IMG/VR virus record: IMGVR_UViG_646311924_000020
Length of the DNA: 43,730 nucleotides
Reading direction: 5' to 3' (one strand)
Source of the DNA: a virus
Taxonomy: Duplodnaviria; Heunggongvirae; Uroviricota; Caudoviricetes
The notes under the pieces were generated by a model. That model did no database searches. It was given only the letters and a program-made list of their open reading frames with translations, and was not told where the DNA came from. The translations under genes and the position numbers were made by a program. Shown here piece by piece: positions 30,058 through 38,009 of the stretch. Positions within the stretch are counted from its first letter, which is position 1; the number at the start of each line of letters is the position of its first letter.

Positions 30058-30598
30058 AAGTGCTCCTTTCGTTGCCGGAAAAATCACCGTAATACTTATC
30101 TCGGGCTTCTTCAGCAACTAGTACCGCTAACTCCAGATCATCAAAGCATCCGAAGTGTTTACTCTTGCCATGGAATCCTAGCCTAACATTCCATTTTTTC
30201 TGTCGTTTGTGCCAAGTAACCCCTCTGCAACCTGATTTGCTATTCTTTCGGATCCTTATATTTCTTGAATTTTCTATTGGCAGGCATTCTCTTAAATTTT
30301 CTGGCCTATTGTCGGTCCTAATTCCATTAACGTGGTCAATTTGACCAGCAGGCCAACGATTATGAGTTATGTAAAAAACTAAGACGTGAGTTTTATATCT
30401 ACGCCCATCTATCATGATCATTGAATAACCGTTGGAATCAAAAGTTCCAGCAACACTATTTAATGCTATCCTTCCCTGAGTGGGAACTTTCCATCTAAAT
30501 ACCCCGGTAGATTTATCGAAACTTAGTAACTCAAATATCCTTTTAACAGTTAAATCTTCTCTTTTACGGTTACATCGTCTTCGCGCTGGTTTAGCCAT
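30032..30598 (-). CDS. HNH homing endonuclease with AP2-type DNA-binding domain
   Basis: 188 aa; HNH core ([33 protein letters not shown]) followed by AP2-like segment ([24 protein letters not shown]); AT-rich; overlaps the ninG start by 26 nt and begins MAKPARRRC. Confidence 0.8.
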   Translation of the reverse strand: MAKPARRRCNRKREDLTVKRIFELLSFDKSTGVFRWKVPTQGRIALNSVAGTFDSNGYSMIMIDGRRYKTHVLVFYITHNRWPAGQIDHVNGIRTDNRPENLRECLPIENSRNIRIRKNSKSGCRGVTWHKRQKKWNVRLGFHGKSKHFGCFDDLELAVLVAEEARDKYYGDFSGNERSTYANLSKEM

Positions 30599-30761
30599 CG
30601 TCTTCTTCCTCGTACATTGAGCTATTCGGATCGCTCATCAGTTCTGCGCAGCAATCGGAGCACACGTGAACTTCCAGCACATGCAGCTTCTGACCGCAGT
30701 TAGCGCACGTTAAAGCTCGCTCGACGCTTTCTTGTTCGTAACTTCGATTTGGGTCAATCAC
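30591..30761 (-). CDS. ninF: NinF
   Basis: C-terminal [46 protein letters not shown] matches recalled lambda NinF; start placed at GTG 30761 (GTGA overlap with ninE stop) for a 56 aa product. Confidence 0.7.
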   Translation of the reverse strand: MIDPNRSYEQESVERALTCANCGQKLHVLEVHVCSDCCAELMSDPNSSMYEEEDDG

Positions 30762-30940
30762 CTTGTATTCCTCGCACGATGTCTTAGCCACCGGATATCC
30801 CACAGGTGAGCCGTGTAGTTGAAGGTTTTTACGTCAGATTCTTTTGGGATTGGCTTGCGTTTATTTCTGGATCGCTTCGTTGGAAGGTATTTGCAGTTTT
30901 CGCAGATGATGTCGGTGATACTTCGTCGCTGTCGTCTCAT
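30758..30940 (-). CDS. ninE: NinE
   Basis: 60 aa [60 protein letters not shown], matches recalled lambda NinE; ATGA overlap with upstream gene. Confidence 0.85.
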   Translation of the reverse strand: MRRQRRSITDIICENCKYLPTKRSRNKRKPIPKESDVKTFNYTAHLWDIRWLRHRARNTR

Positions 30941-31464
30941 GCCGCCCTCCTGACGCCCCGCCCGATCGCCATCAATGCCGCTTTGGATACGGTAGTAAAC
31001 ATCCGTCGAGGACTGATGAACGGTCGCCAAATCAGCAGCATGGAGCCTTTACTGTTTCCCTTCTTCTCCAGCCCTGTCGATGGTTCGATAAAATTAATCC
31101 GTCCATCAGTGATAATGCGAACTTCGTCGACACTCTCCAGAGCCTTGCTGAACCATCCGACTGACATATCCTCTGGCACAAGCATAACTACCGTCTGTCG
31201 CTGTTGTATGCACTGCTCAGCGGCTTTTTCCACCCACGGCCTGATATTGCTGTACGGTGGGTTATTCCAGATTGCACCGTGGCTTATCCACTCAGAATTT
31301 AGCGCGTCGTCAGCCTCAGTTAGCCAGTGAGCGCACAGAGCGTTTTTGTCGCTCGCAGCTGAATCCAGCCAGAATCCAAACTCAATATCCAGCGCATCAA
31401 AAAGCCAGAGCGGCGTTTGCCAGCAGTCCTTGTCGTGTGCTGGCGTATTTGATTTGATAGTCAT
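30937..31464 (-). CDS. orphan DNA N6-adenine methyltransferase (phage Dam-like)
   Basis: 175 aa from ATG 31464 (ATGA overlap with ninB stop); catalytic NPPY motif ([10 protein letters not shown]) and N-terminal [13 protein letters not shown] block typical of small phage adenine methyltransferases; no adjacent restriction gene. Confidence 0.8.
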   Translation of the reverse strand: MTIKSNTPAHDKDCWQTPLWLFDALDIEFGFWLDSAASDKNALCAHWLTEADDALNSEWISHGAIWNNPPYSNIRPWVEKAAEQCIQQRQTVVMLVPEDMSVGWFSKALESVDEVRIITDGRINFIEPSTGLEKKGNSKGSMLLIWRPFISPRRMFTTVSKAALMAIGRGVRRAA

Positions 31465-31907
31465 GCAGCCTTCCCTTTTCGTTGTGACCATTCATACTCT
31501 CGCCGGGAGTCATCACTCCACCGCACGTTGCGCTCTGAGCCGAACCAGAACATGATTTCGATAAGCTCAGTCATGCTGGCCTTTCGCATTTTGCTGGTAC
31601 GCACGCCAAGCATGACAACGCCACCGTCGATACCAGGCGCACTTCTTTGCTCCAGTTTTTTGGTCTTAAGCCACAGGGCAGTGAACAGGTCTTTCCAGTC
31701 TTCCGGCGCCAGCCGTTGACCATGCCATAGCACCTGACGCGAAACATCGTTCAGCATCGGCCACATGCGGTCATTCTGCGCTTTGCTGCGCTTGGGTTCT
31801 TTAACGTGGACTTCGTGGGGTGACTTGTCGTCGATGGGTAGTGAGAGAATGGCGTCTATGGCGTTATTTCTGATTGCTTCGTTGCGAAGCAGAAAGGTTT
31901 GCTTCAT
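31461..31907 (-). CDS. ninB: NinB (Orf-family recombination mediator)
   Basis: Start at internal ATG 31907 (MKQTFLLRNEAIRNNAIDAIL...); blocks QNDRMWPMLNDVSRQVLWHG and ERNVRWSDDSRREYEW parallel recalled lambda NinB. Confidence 0.8.
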   Translation of the reverse strand: MKQTFLLRNEAIRNNAIDAILSLPIDDKSPHEVHVKEPKRSKAQNDRMWPMLNDVSRQVLWHGQRLAPEDWKDLFTALWLKTKKLEQRSAPGIDGGVVMLGVRTSKMRKASMTELIEIMFWFGSERNVRWSDDSRREYEWSQRKGKAA

Positions 31908-32100
31908 CTCCTGCTCTCCGGTTCCATTTTTCAGTAGCCGCAGCAACTGATGGTGCCCATGCCACCCTGGCTTCACAGAGGTCACATTCTGCATAGCCCC
32001 ACACATCAATATTTATTCCGGCCTCAACCCACAGACGAGCATTACCGCCGCAAAACGGACATTCTTTTAGCTTTGGCTGGGTTAATGATAGGTCGCTCAT
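31864..32100 (-). CDS. Lar-like restriction alleviation protein (zinc ribbon)
   Basis: 78 aa from ATG 32100 (MSDLSLTQPKLKECPFCGGNARLWVEAG...CDLCEARVAW...); CPFCGG motif as in Lar-family proteins as I recall them. Family assignment from memory, moderate. Confidence 0.45.
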   Translation of the reverse strand: MSDLSLTQPKLKECPFCGGNARLWVEAGINIDVWGYAECDLCEARVAWAPSVAAATEKWNRRAGDEANLSASQRSNQK

Positions 32101-32110
32101 GCTCACTCCT

Positions 32111-32326
32111 TCACTTAAAATCCAGACTCCGGATAATTCTGTTGCGCTGAAACTCATTGTTGAGTTTGAACAACCGTCGAAGAACACGGTCACGCGGATA
32201 GCGTCGTGCGGCAGGTGAATGCTCATACAACTCATCAAGCGGCAAACTGGACGATGAACGATACCGATACCAACGCACCAACTCTTCACGAAAATTAGCC
32301 CTGACAAGCTCAGCTATCGTACTCAT
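32111..32326 (-). CDS. hypothetical protein (71 aa)
   Basis: ATG start 9 nt after GGAGG; Arg-rich; no family recognised. Confidence 0.45.
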   Translation of the reverse strand: MSTIAELVRANFREELVRWYRYRSSSSLPLDELYEHSPAARRYPRDRVLRRLFKLNNEFQRNRIIRSLDFK

Positions 32327-32458
32327 TTCTTAAAACCTCCTCAAACGCATTCTGACGCATTTTTCATTCTCGCTGCTTATCGGTATACCTTGCACGTGCT
32401 TACCTCACCACAGAGCGATTGTGATGCCTTAAAAGCGATTTATTGAAGTGATATTTGC

Positions 32459-32737
32459 TTAATCGAAATTCTTTTCTTTGATTCCTGCGGCCCTGATGGC
32501 TTTCATTACTGCAATTACCGTTTTGTCACGCCCATCCTCATAACCCATCGCATAAGCACCTTCTTCACCATCTTTCCAAAGGTCGTCATTCGATTCGGGC
32601 CAGTCGATATCCAGTTCAATAGCAGAGCGCGATGCCTGCCATATCACCCAGGCAAACTCTTTTAATTCATCGTCTCCCGTGAACTGGCTTTTGTCTTTTG
32701 ACCACCAGTTTTCAAACTGTCGGTAGCTATCGTTCAC
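32459..32737 (-). CDS. hypothetical acidic protein (about 92 aa)
   Basis: ORF-track ORF 32459-32752 starts at a TTG; GTG 32737 preceded by GGAG is the more likely start. Trp/acidic-rich, no family recognised. Confidence 0.45.
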   Translation of the reverse strand: MNDSYRQFENWWSKDKSQFTGDDELKEFAWVIWQASRSAIELDIDWPESNDDLWKDGEEGAYAMGYEDGRDKTVIAVMKAIRAAGIKEKNFD

Positions 32738-32754
32738 TTCCCTCTCCCCCAAAT

Positions 32755-32787
32755 AAAAAGGCCTGCGATTACAGCAGGCCTGTTATT
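32755..32787 (-). terminator. intrinsic terminator in nin region (tR2-like)
   Basis: Perfect 7 bp stem GGCCTGC/GCAGGCC with 7 nt loop; minus strand followed by UUUUUAUUU; plus strand followed by UGUUAUU. Confidence 0.55.
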
Positions 32788-32806
32788 AACTCAGTGATGT
32801 AGATGG

Positions 32807-33076
32807 TCATTGCTTCATCTCCCTTTCCATTTCATCAATGTCAACGTCATCAGGAAGATGGGAGCAATACGCCGCTATACCATGATGATTTATCTCATAC
32901 CCTTTGAACGTTACCATCTGGCGCGTAATCTCAACTTCGTTCAGGAATCCGCCATCGCATAACTGCCTGGCTATTTTCGATTTGGTCTGGATTATTGGTA
33001 GTGCCTGTTCTTTCAAAGCGTATGATATTTGCGCATCCCATGCCTTTTCGAGAATGGCTAATTGTTTTTTATTCAT
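32807..33076 (-). CDS. hypothetical protein (89 aa)
   Basis: Operon-strand ORF immediately downstream of helicase gene; no family recognised. Confidence 0.5.
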   Translation of the reverse strand: MNKKQLAILEKAWDAQISYALKEQALPIIQTKSKIARQLCDGGFLNEVEITRQMVTFKGYEINHHGIAAYCSHLPDDVDIDEMEREMKQ

Positions 33077-34512
33077 CAGAATCCTCCTTTCTTCTTGGAC
33101 TGCGGTTCCTCGCGTTCACGTCGGCGCATTTCAGCAGACTGTTGGTCTGTGTCATAAATAGCGCCATTTGCCTGAATGCAATACACCGTGCCGGTATTGC
33201 CATGACGATTGAGACGAAGGATTAGTTCGGTTTCACCAGGTGGAACACTGTCATCAAAAGCACCTTCACGATGGATCCCCACCCAATAATCGCAATCCTG
33301 TTCAATCTGCCCTGTATCTCGTGAGTCACTTGGTAATGGGCGTTTATTGGTTCGGCTTTCCAGTGCGCGGTTAAGTTGCGTCAGAAGCACAACAACGCAA
33401 TCAAGCTCTTTGGCAAGGTTCTTCAGTCCTTTGGTGATCATGCCGTAAGCAAGGTCGTTGCGATCGGCCTTCTCAGCGGTCATTAGTGTCAGGTAATCGA
33501 CCAGAATCATGCCAACACATCCTTTTTCTCGCTTGATTCGACGGCTTTCGCTGACGATTTGAGCCAGAGATAATCCCGGCGTGTCGTCGATGTAAAGCAT
33601 GTCGATTTCACTCAAGCGATTGGCTGTTTCGATCGCCCTGTTGAAGTCACCATCGTAATCACCCTGATAGCCGTCATCGGCGTCATTTGTCGCCGGAAGG
33701 TAAAAAATATTCGGGTTAACACCAGACTTCTGCCCTACCAGTTTTTCCAGTATCTGATCACCTGGCATTTCAAGGCTGAACATCAGAGCGGGCTTTTTCT
33801 CATGCACTGCGCAATTGATTGCCATCTGGCTGTATAGCGTCGTTTTCCCCATCTTAGGGCGAGCGCCAATGACAAACAGAGAGCCTTTCACCAGACCTTT
33901 CGGTGACAGCATCCTGTCCAGCGATGGGATCCCTGTGCTCATTCCCCGTTGTTCGCCTGATGGGTCAAATCGCTTCTCAAGGTCGCTAACCCAGTCTTCC
34001 ATGACCTCGCCAAATGAGCGAAGGCCGCGACGCGATCCGGTTTTTGCATGGTCTGTCAGTTGCGTGAAAATCGCCTGAATAGCTTCGTACTTCTGCGTCG
34101 CAGTCATTCCGTTGCGGGAATAGAGCAATTCCGTCGCTTCAGTCATGCGGTTGATGGCGTAGCGTTCCATTGCGGTTTCACGAACCTGCATTGCATAGGC
34201 AACGATGTTTGCTGCGCTTGGCGTGTTCTTTGCGATCTCAGCGATATAAGCAAAACCGCCAACAGACACCGTTAACGATTTACGCTCCAGTTCATCGAAA
34301 AGCGTCAGGCCATCTACTGGCTTTTGCTCCCGGTGCATTCTGGTTATTTCTTCGAAAAGGATTTTGTGTGGTCGGCTGTAAAATGAATCAGGCTTCAGCA
34401 TCGCCAGAACTTTCTGGACGCGCTCACTGCTGTCATCATCCAGAAGCAATCCACCAATCACCGCCTGCTCTGCCTCGATGCTATGGGGCGGCGCATAAAA
34501 ATTATCGGTCAT
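33076..34512 (-). CDS. replicative DNA helicase (DnaB family, P22 gp12-like)
   Basis: Walker A GARPKMGKTT, DnaB-type N-terminal domain (SIEAEQAVIGGLLLD) and RecA-like C-terminal domain; start placed at second ATG ([10 protein letters not shown]). Confidence 0.9.
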   Translation of the reverse strand: MTDNFYAPPHSIEAEQAVIGGLLLDDDSSERVQKVLAMLKPDSFYSRPHKILFEEITRMHREQKPVDGLTLFDELERKSLTVSVGGFAYIAEIAKNTPSAANIVAYAMQVRETAMERYAINRMTEATELLYSRNGMTATQKYEAIQAIFTQLTDHAKTGSRRGLRSFGEVMEDWVSDLEKRFDPSGEQRGMSTGIPSLDRMLSPKGLVKGSLFVIGARPKMGKTTLYSQMAINCAVHEKKPALMFSLEMPGDQILEKLVGQKSGVNPNIFYLPATNDADDGYQGDYDGDFNRAIETANRLSEIDMLYIDDTPGLSLAQIVSESRRIKREKGCVGMILVDYLTLMTAEKADRNDLAYGMITKGLKNLAKELDCVVVLLTQLNRALESRTNKRPLPSDSRDTGQIEQDCDYWVGIHREGAFDDSVPPGETELILRLNRHGNTGTVYCIQANGAIYDTDQQSAEMRRREREEPQSKKKGGF

Positions 34513-35401
34513 CGTGTTCACCCTCACGAACTTTCAGGTAGGTATTATCGTTAAGCAGGAAATCAAATCCCTTTTTGTGCCAGATAGTTCCGCGTTGATG
34601 GTTTGGACGCTCTTCGAACATCCATCGGCAATTTTCGCCTACGTAGCTCAAATAATTTCTCCAGTCCTGCATCGTGAACCCATGCCCGTCAAGCTGGCGT
34701 GTTATCACTCCGGCTTTGCGCCAGAACGTTCGGATCTGGTTTTTACGCTTGTCATTCAGTGCGCGGATTCTTGGCGCTTCAGGAAGGATTTCGTGGTAAG
34801 CATCGACAACATCCTGACAGCTGACGGAAGGTTTTTTCTTGTCAGACTTTTTGTCTGCTGTGGCACTCTCTAATACGTCAGTATTAGAGATAATATTATT
34901 ATATTCTTTATCTGTGGTAATTTGCTGGTAATCTGCTGGTACAGTATTGCTTGCATGCATTGGTATTGCTGGCTTTGAGGTGGTAATTTGCTGGTAATCT
35001 GCTGGTACAAAATTTGACTGATAATCGTCATATTTCTCTACCGAGAAAACTGAGGATTTACCGTGTGAAACCCAGTCAATCATGCCGAGTTTTTTGAACT
35101 TTCTAAGCAGGTACTGAACGCGATCTGGTTTGAGTCCTGTTTCAAACGCCAGAGAGTTTCTACCGCCAAGTAGCTTCCCTCTGCCTACCAGAATTTCTCC
35201 TGCGTCAGTCATTACATACTCAGGCGTATGCTTTGCTTTGAGGATTAAGTGAACCCACAGATGCGCTGCTTCTGCGTCCTTGTAAAACGGCACATCCATA
35301 ATTTTACGGTGCAGCAAGGCATACCCCTTACCGCTGCTTTGATGCGGTTGTTGTAGCCTTCTGGCCTCTCTGGCTTCGGCTAGATTAGATATGTTACTCA
35401 T
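34502..35401 (-). CDS. replication initiation protein (O-like, origin-binding)
   Basis: 299 aa directly upstream of and overlapping the helicase gene; contains an internal DNA iteron array and AT-rich block, as lambda O contains its own ori. Confidence 0.65.
   Translation of the reverse strand: MSNISNLAEAREARRLQQPHQSSGKGYALLHRKIMDVPFYKDAEAAHLWVHLILKAKHTPEYVMTDAGEILVGRGKLLGGRNSLAFETGLKPDRVQYLLRKFKKLGMIDWVSHGKSSVFSVEKYDDYQSNFVPADYQQITTSKPAIPMHASNTVPADYQQITTDKEYNNIISNTDVLESATADKKSDKKKPSVSCQDVVDAYHEILPEAPRIRALNDKRKNQIRTFWRKAGVITRQLDGHGFTMQDWRNYLSYVGENCRWMFEERPNHQRGTIWHKKGFDFLLNDNTYLKVREGEHDDR
34865..35010. repeat. candidate replication origin: iterons plus AT-rich block inside the O-like gene
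   Basis: Two identical 29 bp direct repeats TGGTAATTTGCTGGTAATCTGCTGGTACA (34915-34943 and 34981-35009), each made of CTGCTGGTA-type sub-repeats, with a degenerate copy between, adjacent to AT-rich 34871-34910. Confidence 0.6.
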
Positions 35402-35572
35402 GACCTTTCTCCTTCTGCATCAGCTTCACTTTTTCCAACTCAGCCCGGAATCGACCAGGCTGCTTGAAGCTGGACAGGAAGCGATCACGTAGTATGTGTT
35501 TGTGAATTTTGTCCTGGTAAGGACTGAGTTGTTTTGTCATAATTACTCCTGTGGATTGATCCAGTAATTCCC

Positions 35573-35869
35573 TCAGAATTGCATATCAATTTGCTTAAAA
35601 TCCTCGGTGGCAGCCGGGGATTTTTTCTTTGTGATTTCATCAAGCGCATACTTAAAAGCCCTGCTAATCGGACTGATGTCTGATGCCATTCCGAAAGCAC
35701 ACAAGACCGAAGCAATAAATCTCCAGTCCGTTCTGCTTATCTTCGATTCATGACAGCCAATCATCTTTGCCAGACCGCGCTGGGTAAGCGTTGACAGGTT
35801 GATGAGTAAATCTGTTTCTGCGCGATCAACGTCGCGCTGTGATAGTTTGCTGTAACTTGTTTGTTCCAT
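35573..35869 (-). CDS. cII: CII-like transcriptional activator
   Basis: 98 aa; C-terminal [18 protein letters not shown] parallels lambda CII KKRPAATERSEQIQMEF; HTH-like segment ([15 protein letters not shown]); position downstream of cro. Confidence 0.75.
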   Translation of the reverse strand: MEQTSYSKLSQRDVDRAETDLLINLSTLTQRGLAKMIGCHESKISRTDWRFIASVLCAFGMASDISPISRAFKYALDEITKKKSPAATEDFKQIDMQF

Positions 35870-35954
35870 TTCTTAAGATTTCCAGTAGTGAATAGTTAGT
35901 TGAAAGGTATGCGTGGAAACGCATATGGCCTTAGTTGGTCAGATATCTTGGAAC

Positions 35955-36000
35955 TCGCTTTTCAGCGACGTAGGACGAATGTCCGTTGTTACAAAGAGCG
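35955..36000 (-). promoter_or_regulatory. candidate nutR (boxA plus boxB)
   Basis: Minus strand just after cro: CGCUCUUUGUAACAACG (boxA-like), a small hairpin GGAC-AUUC-GUCC, then UCGC-UGAAAA-GCGA (GAAAA loop as in lambda boxB). Nearly the same arrangement recurs upstream of N. Confidence 0.5.
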
Positions 36001-36010
36001 GATCCGCTTA

Positions 36011-36226
36011 TTAAGCGGCTTTGTGTTCCGGCGGGAACACGTCATCAAGACTGACTTTTGCGCCTAACTTGTTTAGGCACGCAACAAGAGCACGGCATGT
36101 TTTAAGGTCTGGGAAGCGACGACCAGATTCCCAATGTCCGATAGCTCCCTGTGTGCATCCAACTGCCTTAGCAAGTGTTGTTTGAGAGATATTCAGTGAC
36201 TCTCGATATTTTCGTAGGTTGCTCAT
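36011..36226 (-). CDS. cro: Cro-like repressor (HTH_XRE)
   Basis: 71 aa from ATG 36226 (MSNLRKYRESLNISQTTLAKAVGCTQGAIGHWESGRR...), GGAGGG RBS, divergent from cI. Confidence 0.8.
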   Translation of the reverse strand: MSNLRKYRESLNISQTTLAKAVGCTQGAIGHWESGRRFPDLKTCRALVACLNKLGAKVSLDDVFPPEHKAA

Positions 36227-36252
36227 ATGCCCTCCATAGTAACCATAACGCA

Positions 36253-36281
36253 ATAATACGATATGTACTTTTAGAATGCAA
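36253..36281 (-). promoter_or_regulatory. candidate pR promoter (-35 TTGCAT, 17 bp spacer, -10 TATTAT)
   Basis: On minus strand upstream of cro; spacer and -10 overlap the 15-mer AGTACATATCGTATT, an operator-like motif also present at pL. Confidence 0.45.
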
Positions 36282-36343
36282 ACAAAAAATACATCTTGTG
36301 CATGGATGATTTTAGTACAGAGCGTAATAATAAGGGTATGAAA

Positions 36344-36997
36344 ATGAAATGGTATGAACTGGCTAGATCCAGAATGAAAGAGCTCGGCATAACTCAAGAG
36401 AAGTTAGCCGAAGAGCTTGGTATGACGCAGGGTGGAATTGGTCACTGGTTGCGCGGATCTCGTCATCCATCTCTTGACGAGATTGGTGTGGTGTTTAAAT
36501 ACCTTGGTATTGATAACGTCTCATTCAACCACGACGGTACATTTTCACCTGTTGGCGAATACTCATCTGCCCCCGTTAAAAAACAATATGAGTACCCTGT
36601 TTTTTCTCATGTTCAGGCCGGTATGTTCTCGCCTGAGCTTAGAACCTTTACCAAAGGTGATGCGGAGAGATGGGTCAGCACAACCAAAAAAGCCAGTGAT
36701 TGTGCGTTTTGGCTTGAAGTTGAAGGTAATTCCATGACCGCGCCAACAGGATCCAAGCCAAGCTTTCCTGACGGGATGTTAATTCTCGTTGACCCTGAGC
36801 AGGCTGTTGAGCCAGGTGATTTCTGCATAGCCAGACTTGGTGGTGACGAGTTTACCTTCAAGAAACTGATCAGGGATAGCGGTCAGGTGTTCCTACAACC
36901 ACTAAACCCGCAATATCCAATGATTCCATGCAATGATAGCTGTTCCGTAGTAGGGAAAGTTATCGCCAGCCAGTGGCCTGAAGAGACATTTAGTTAA
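36344..36997 (+). CDS. cI: CI-type prophage repressor (N-terminal HTH, C-terminal S24 LexA-like domain)
   Basis: HTH segment ([23 protein letters not shown]) and S24 motifs (GNSMTAP...FKKL); start chosen at ATG 36344 (7 nt after AAGGG); ORF-track start 36296 is a TTG. Confidence 0.85.
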   Translation: MKWYELARSRMKELGITQEKLAEELGMTQGGIGHWLRGSRHPSLDEIGVVFKYLGIDNVSFNHDGTFSPVGEYSSAPVKKQYEYPVFSHVQAGMFSPELRTFTKGDAERWVSTTKKASDCAFWLEVEGNSMTAPTGSKPSFPDGMLILVDPEQAVEPGDFCIARLGGDEFTFKKLIRDSGQVFLQPLNPQYPMIPCNDSCSVVGKVIASQWPEETFS

Positions 36998-37029
36998 CAG
37001 CCTCACCACTCTAAAACACACAACAATAA

Positions 37030-37057
37030 CCCGACCTTAGCGTCGGGTTTTCTTTTT
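37030..37057 (+). terminator. intrinsic terminator after cI
   Basis: Hairpin CCCGAC-CTTAGC-GTCGGG followed by TTTTCTTTTT, 33 nt after the cI stop. Confidence 0.6.
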
Positions 37058-37123
37058 CCAAAATATAAACCCATTAAATACAAAGCGTTATAAAAAACTA
37101 AACCATATTTAGAACATTTTGTA

Positions 37124-37152
37124 TTGACTCAGTAAAGTACACATCGTACTAT
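37124..37152 (+). promoter_or_regulatory. candidate pL promoter (-35 TTGACT, 17 bp spacer, -10 TACTAT) with overlapping operator-like 15-mer
   Basis: Spacer and -10 contain AGTACACATCGTACT (37136-37150), an inverted-repeat-containing 15-mer near-identical to the one at pR. Confidence 0.5.
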
Positions 37153-37198
37153 TTAGCTATCAGCAGGAAGCTGGAAGCCAAACGGAACAGACTGGCAG

Positions 37199-37244
37199 GC
37201 TCTTTAAACAACGTCGAACACTCGACTACGTGGCTGAAAAGCCA
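37199..37244 (+). promoter_or_regulatory. candidate nutL (boxA plus boxB)
   Basis: GCTCTTTAAACAACG (boxA-like), small hairpin GTCGA-ACAC-TCGAC, then TGGC-TGAAAA-GCCA (GAAAA loop); located between pL and N. Confidence 0.5.
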
Positions 37245-37342
37245 GATCACCCAACCACATAAGCTGTGGGATGCAATGCCGAAGCAACCGTCTCAGGAGG
37301 GGCTTCGAGATTGCATCGCCAAAGTTTATTCGGGAGGAATCT

Positions 37343-37615
37343 ATGTCCAGAAAAACAGAATTTAAAGGAACCGCAGCTTCTCGCCGTAGAGCTCGTCGTG
37401 CAAATCTGCAAAGTCAGGAGGCGATCAGCTCCGACAAGCTACACAGGCCAACCCCTTCACGAGTGGTCTTGCAATGCAAGCGCAAACCAGCAATGAGAGC
37501 AGAAGTGATAACTCTGACAACGTTGACCAGAAAATATGAAGGTTCAACTTGTCTTCCGAACGTAGCCATTTACGCGGCAGGCTACCGGAAATCAAAACAA
37601 CTGACGGCGAGATGA
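37343..37615 (+). CDS. N: N-type antitermination protein (arginine-rich motif)
   Basis: 90 aa from ATG 37343 (GGGAGG RBS): MSRKTEFKGTAASRRRARRANLQSQEA...; first gene after pL and the nut-like site. Confidence 0.7.
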   Translation: MSRKTEFKGTAASRRRARRANLQSQEAISSDKLHRPTPSRVVLQCKRKPAMRAEVITLTTLTRKYEGSTCLPNVAIYAAGYRKSKQLTAR

Positions 37616-37743
37616 CTTGTGTTGGTCGCCAGAAAATGAAATTAGGCAGCAAACCACTTATTTGAGGTGAGATATGGAAGAAGAATTTGAAGAGTTCGAA
37701 GAGCATCCGCAGGATGTGATGGAACAATACCAGGACTATCCGT

Positions 37744-37944
37744 ATGACTACGACTACTGATAAAAATCAATGGTGTGGACAATTCAAGCGATGCAATGGA
37801 TGCAAGCTGCAATCGGAATGCATGGTTAAGCCTGAAGAAATGTTTCCTGTAATGGAAGATGGGAAATATGTCGATAAATGGGCAATACGAACGACGGCAA
37901 TGATTGCCAGAGAACTTGGTAAACTGAACAACAAGGCTGCCTGA
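37744..37944 (+). CDS. ral: Ral (restriction alleviation protein)
   Basis: 66 aa MTTTTDKNQWCGQFKRCNGCKLQSECMVKPEEMFPVMEDGKYVDKWAIRTTAMIARELGKLNNKAA, matches recalled lambda Ral. Confidence 0.85.
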   Translation: MTTTTDKNQWCGQFKRCNGCKLQSECMVKPEEMFPVMEDGKYVDKWAIRTTAMIARELGKLNNKAA

Positions 37945-37962
37945 TGGCGGCCTTTATTTTTG
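37935..37962 (+). terminator. intrinsic terminator overlapping 3' end of ral
   Basis: Hairpin GGCTGCC-TGAT-GGCGGCC (one G-U pair) followed by TTTATTTTTGG. Confidence 0.5.
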
Positions 37963-38009
37963 GCATAAACAACAGAATAAACACAGCACTGAATTATTTG
38001 AGGTGAGAT

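Noticed and set aside
35485-35715. 76 aa ORF overlapping the 3' end of cII; also a 48-codon ORF 35393-35538 ending in ATGAGTAA at the O-like start
   Set aside because: The 76 aa ORF is out of frame within cII with a junk-like translation. The 48-codon ORF is in the right strand and coupled to the next gene, so it could be real, but there is too little evidence to call it.
36432-36861. ORFs 36432-36737 (plus) and 36613-36861 (minus) within cI
   Set aside because: Overlap the repressor gene in other frames or antisense; no support.
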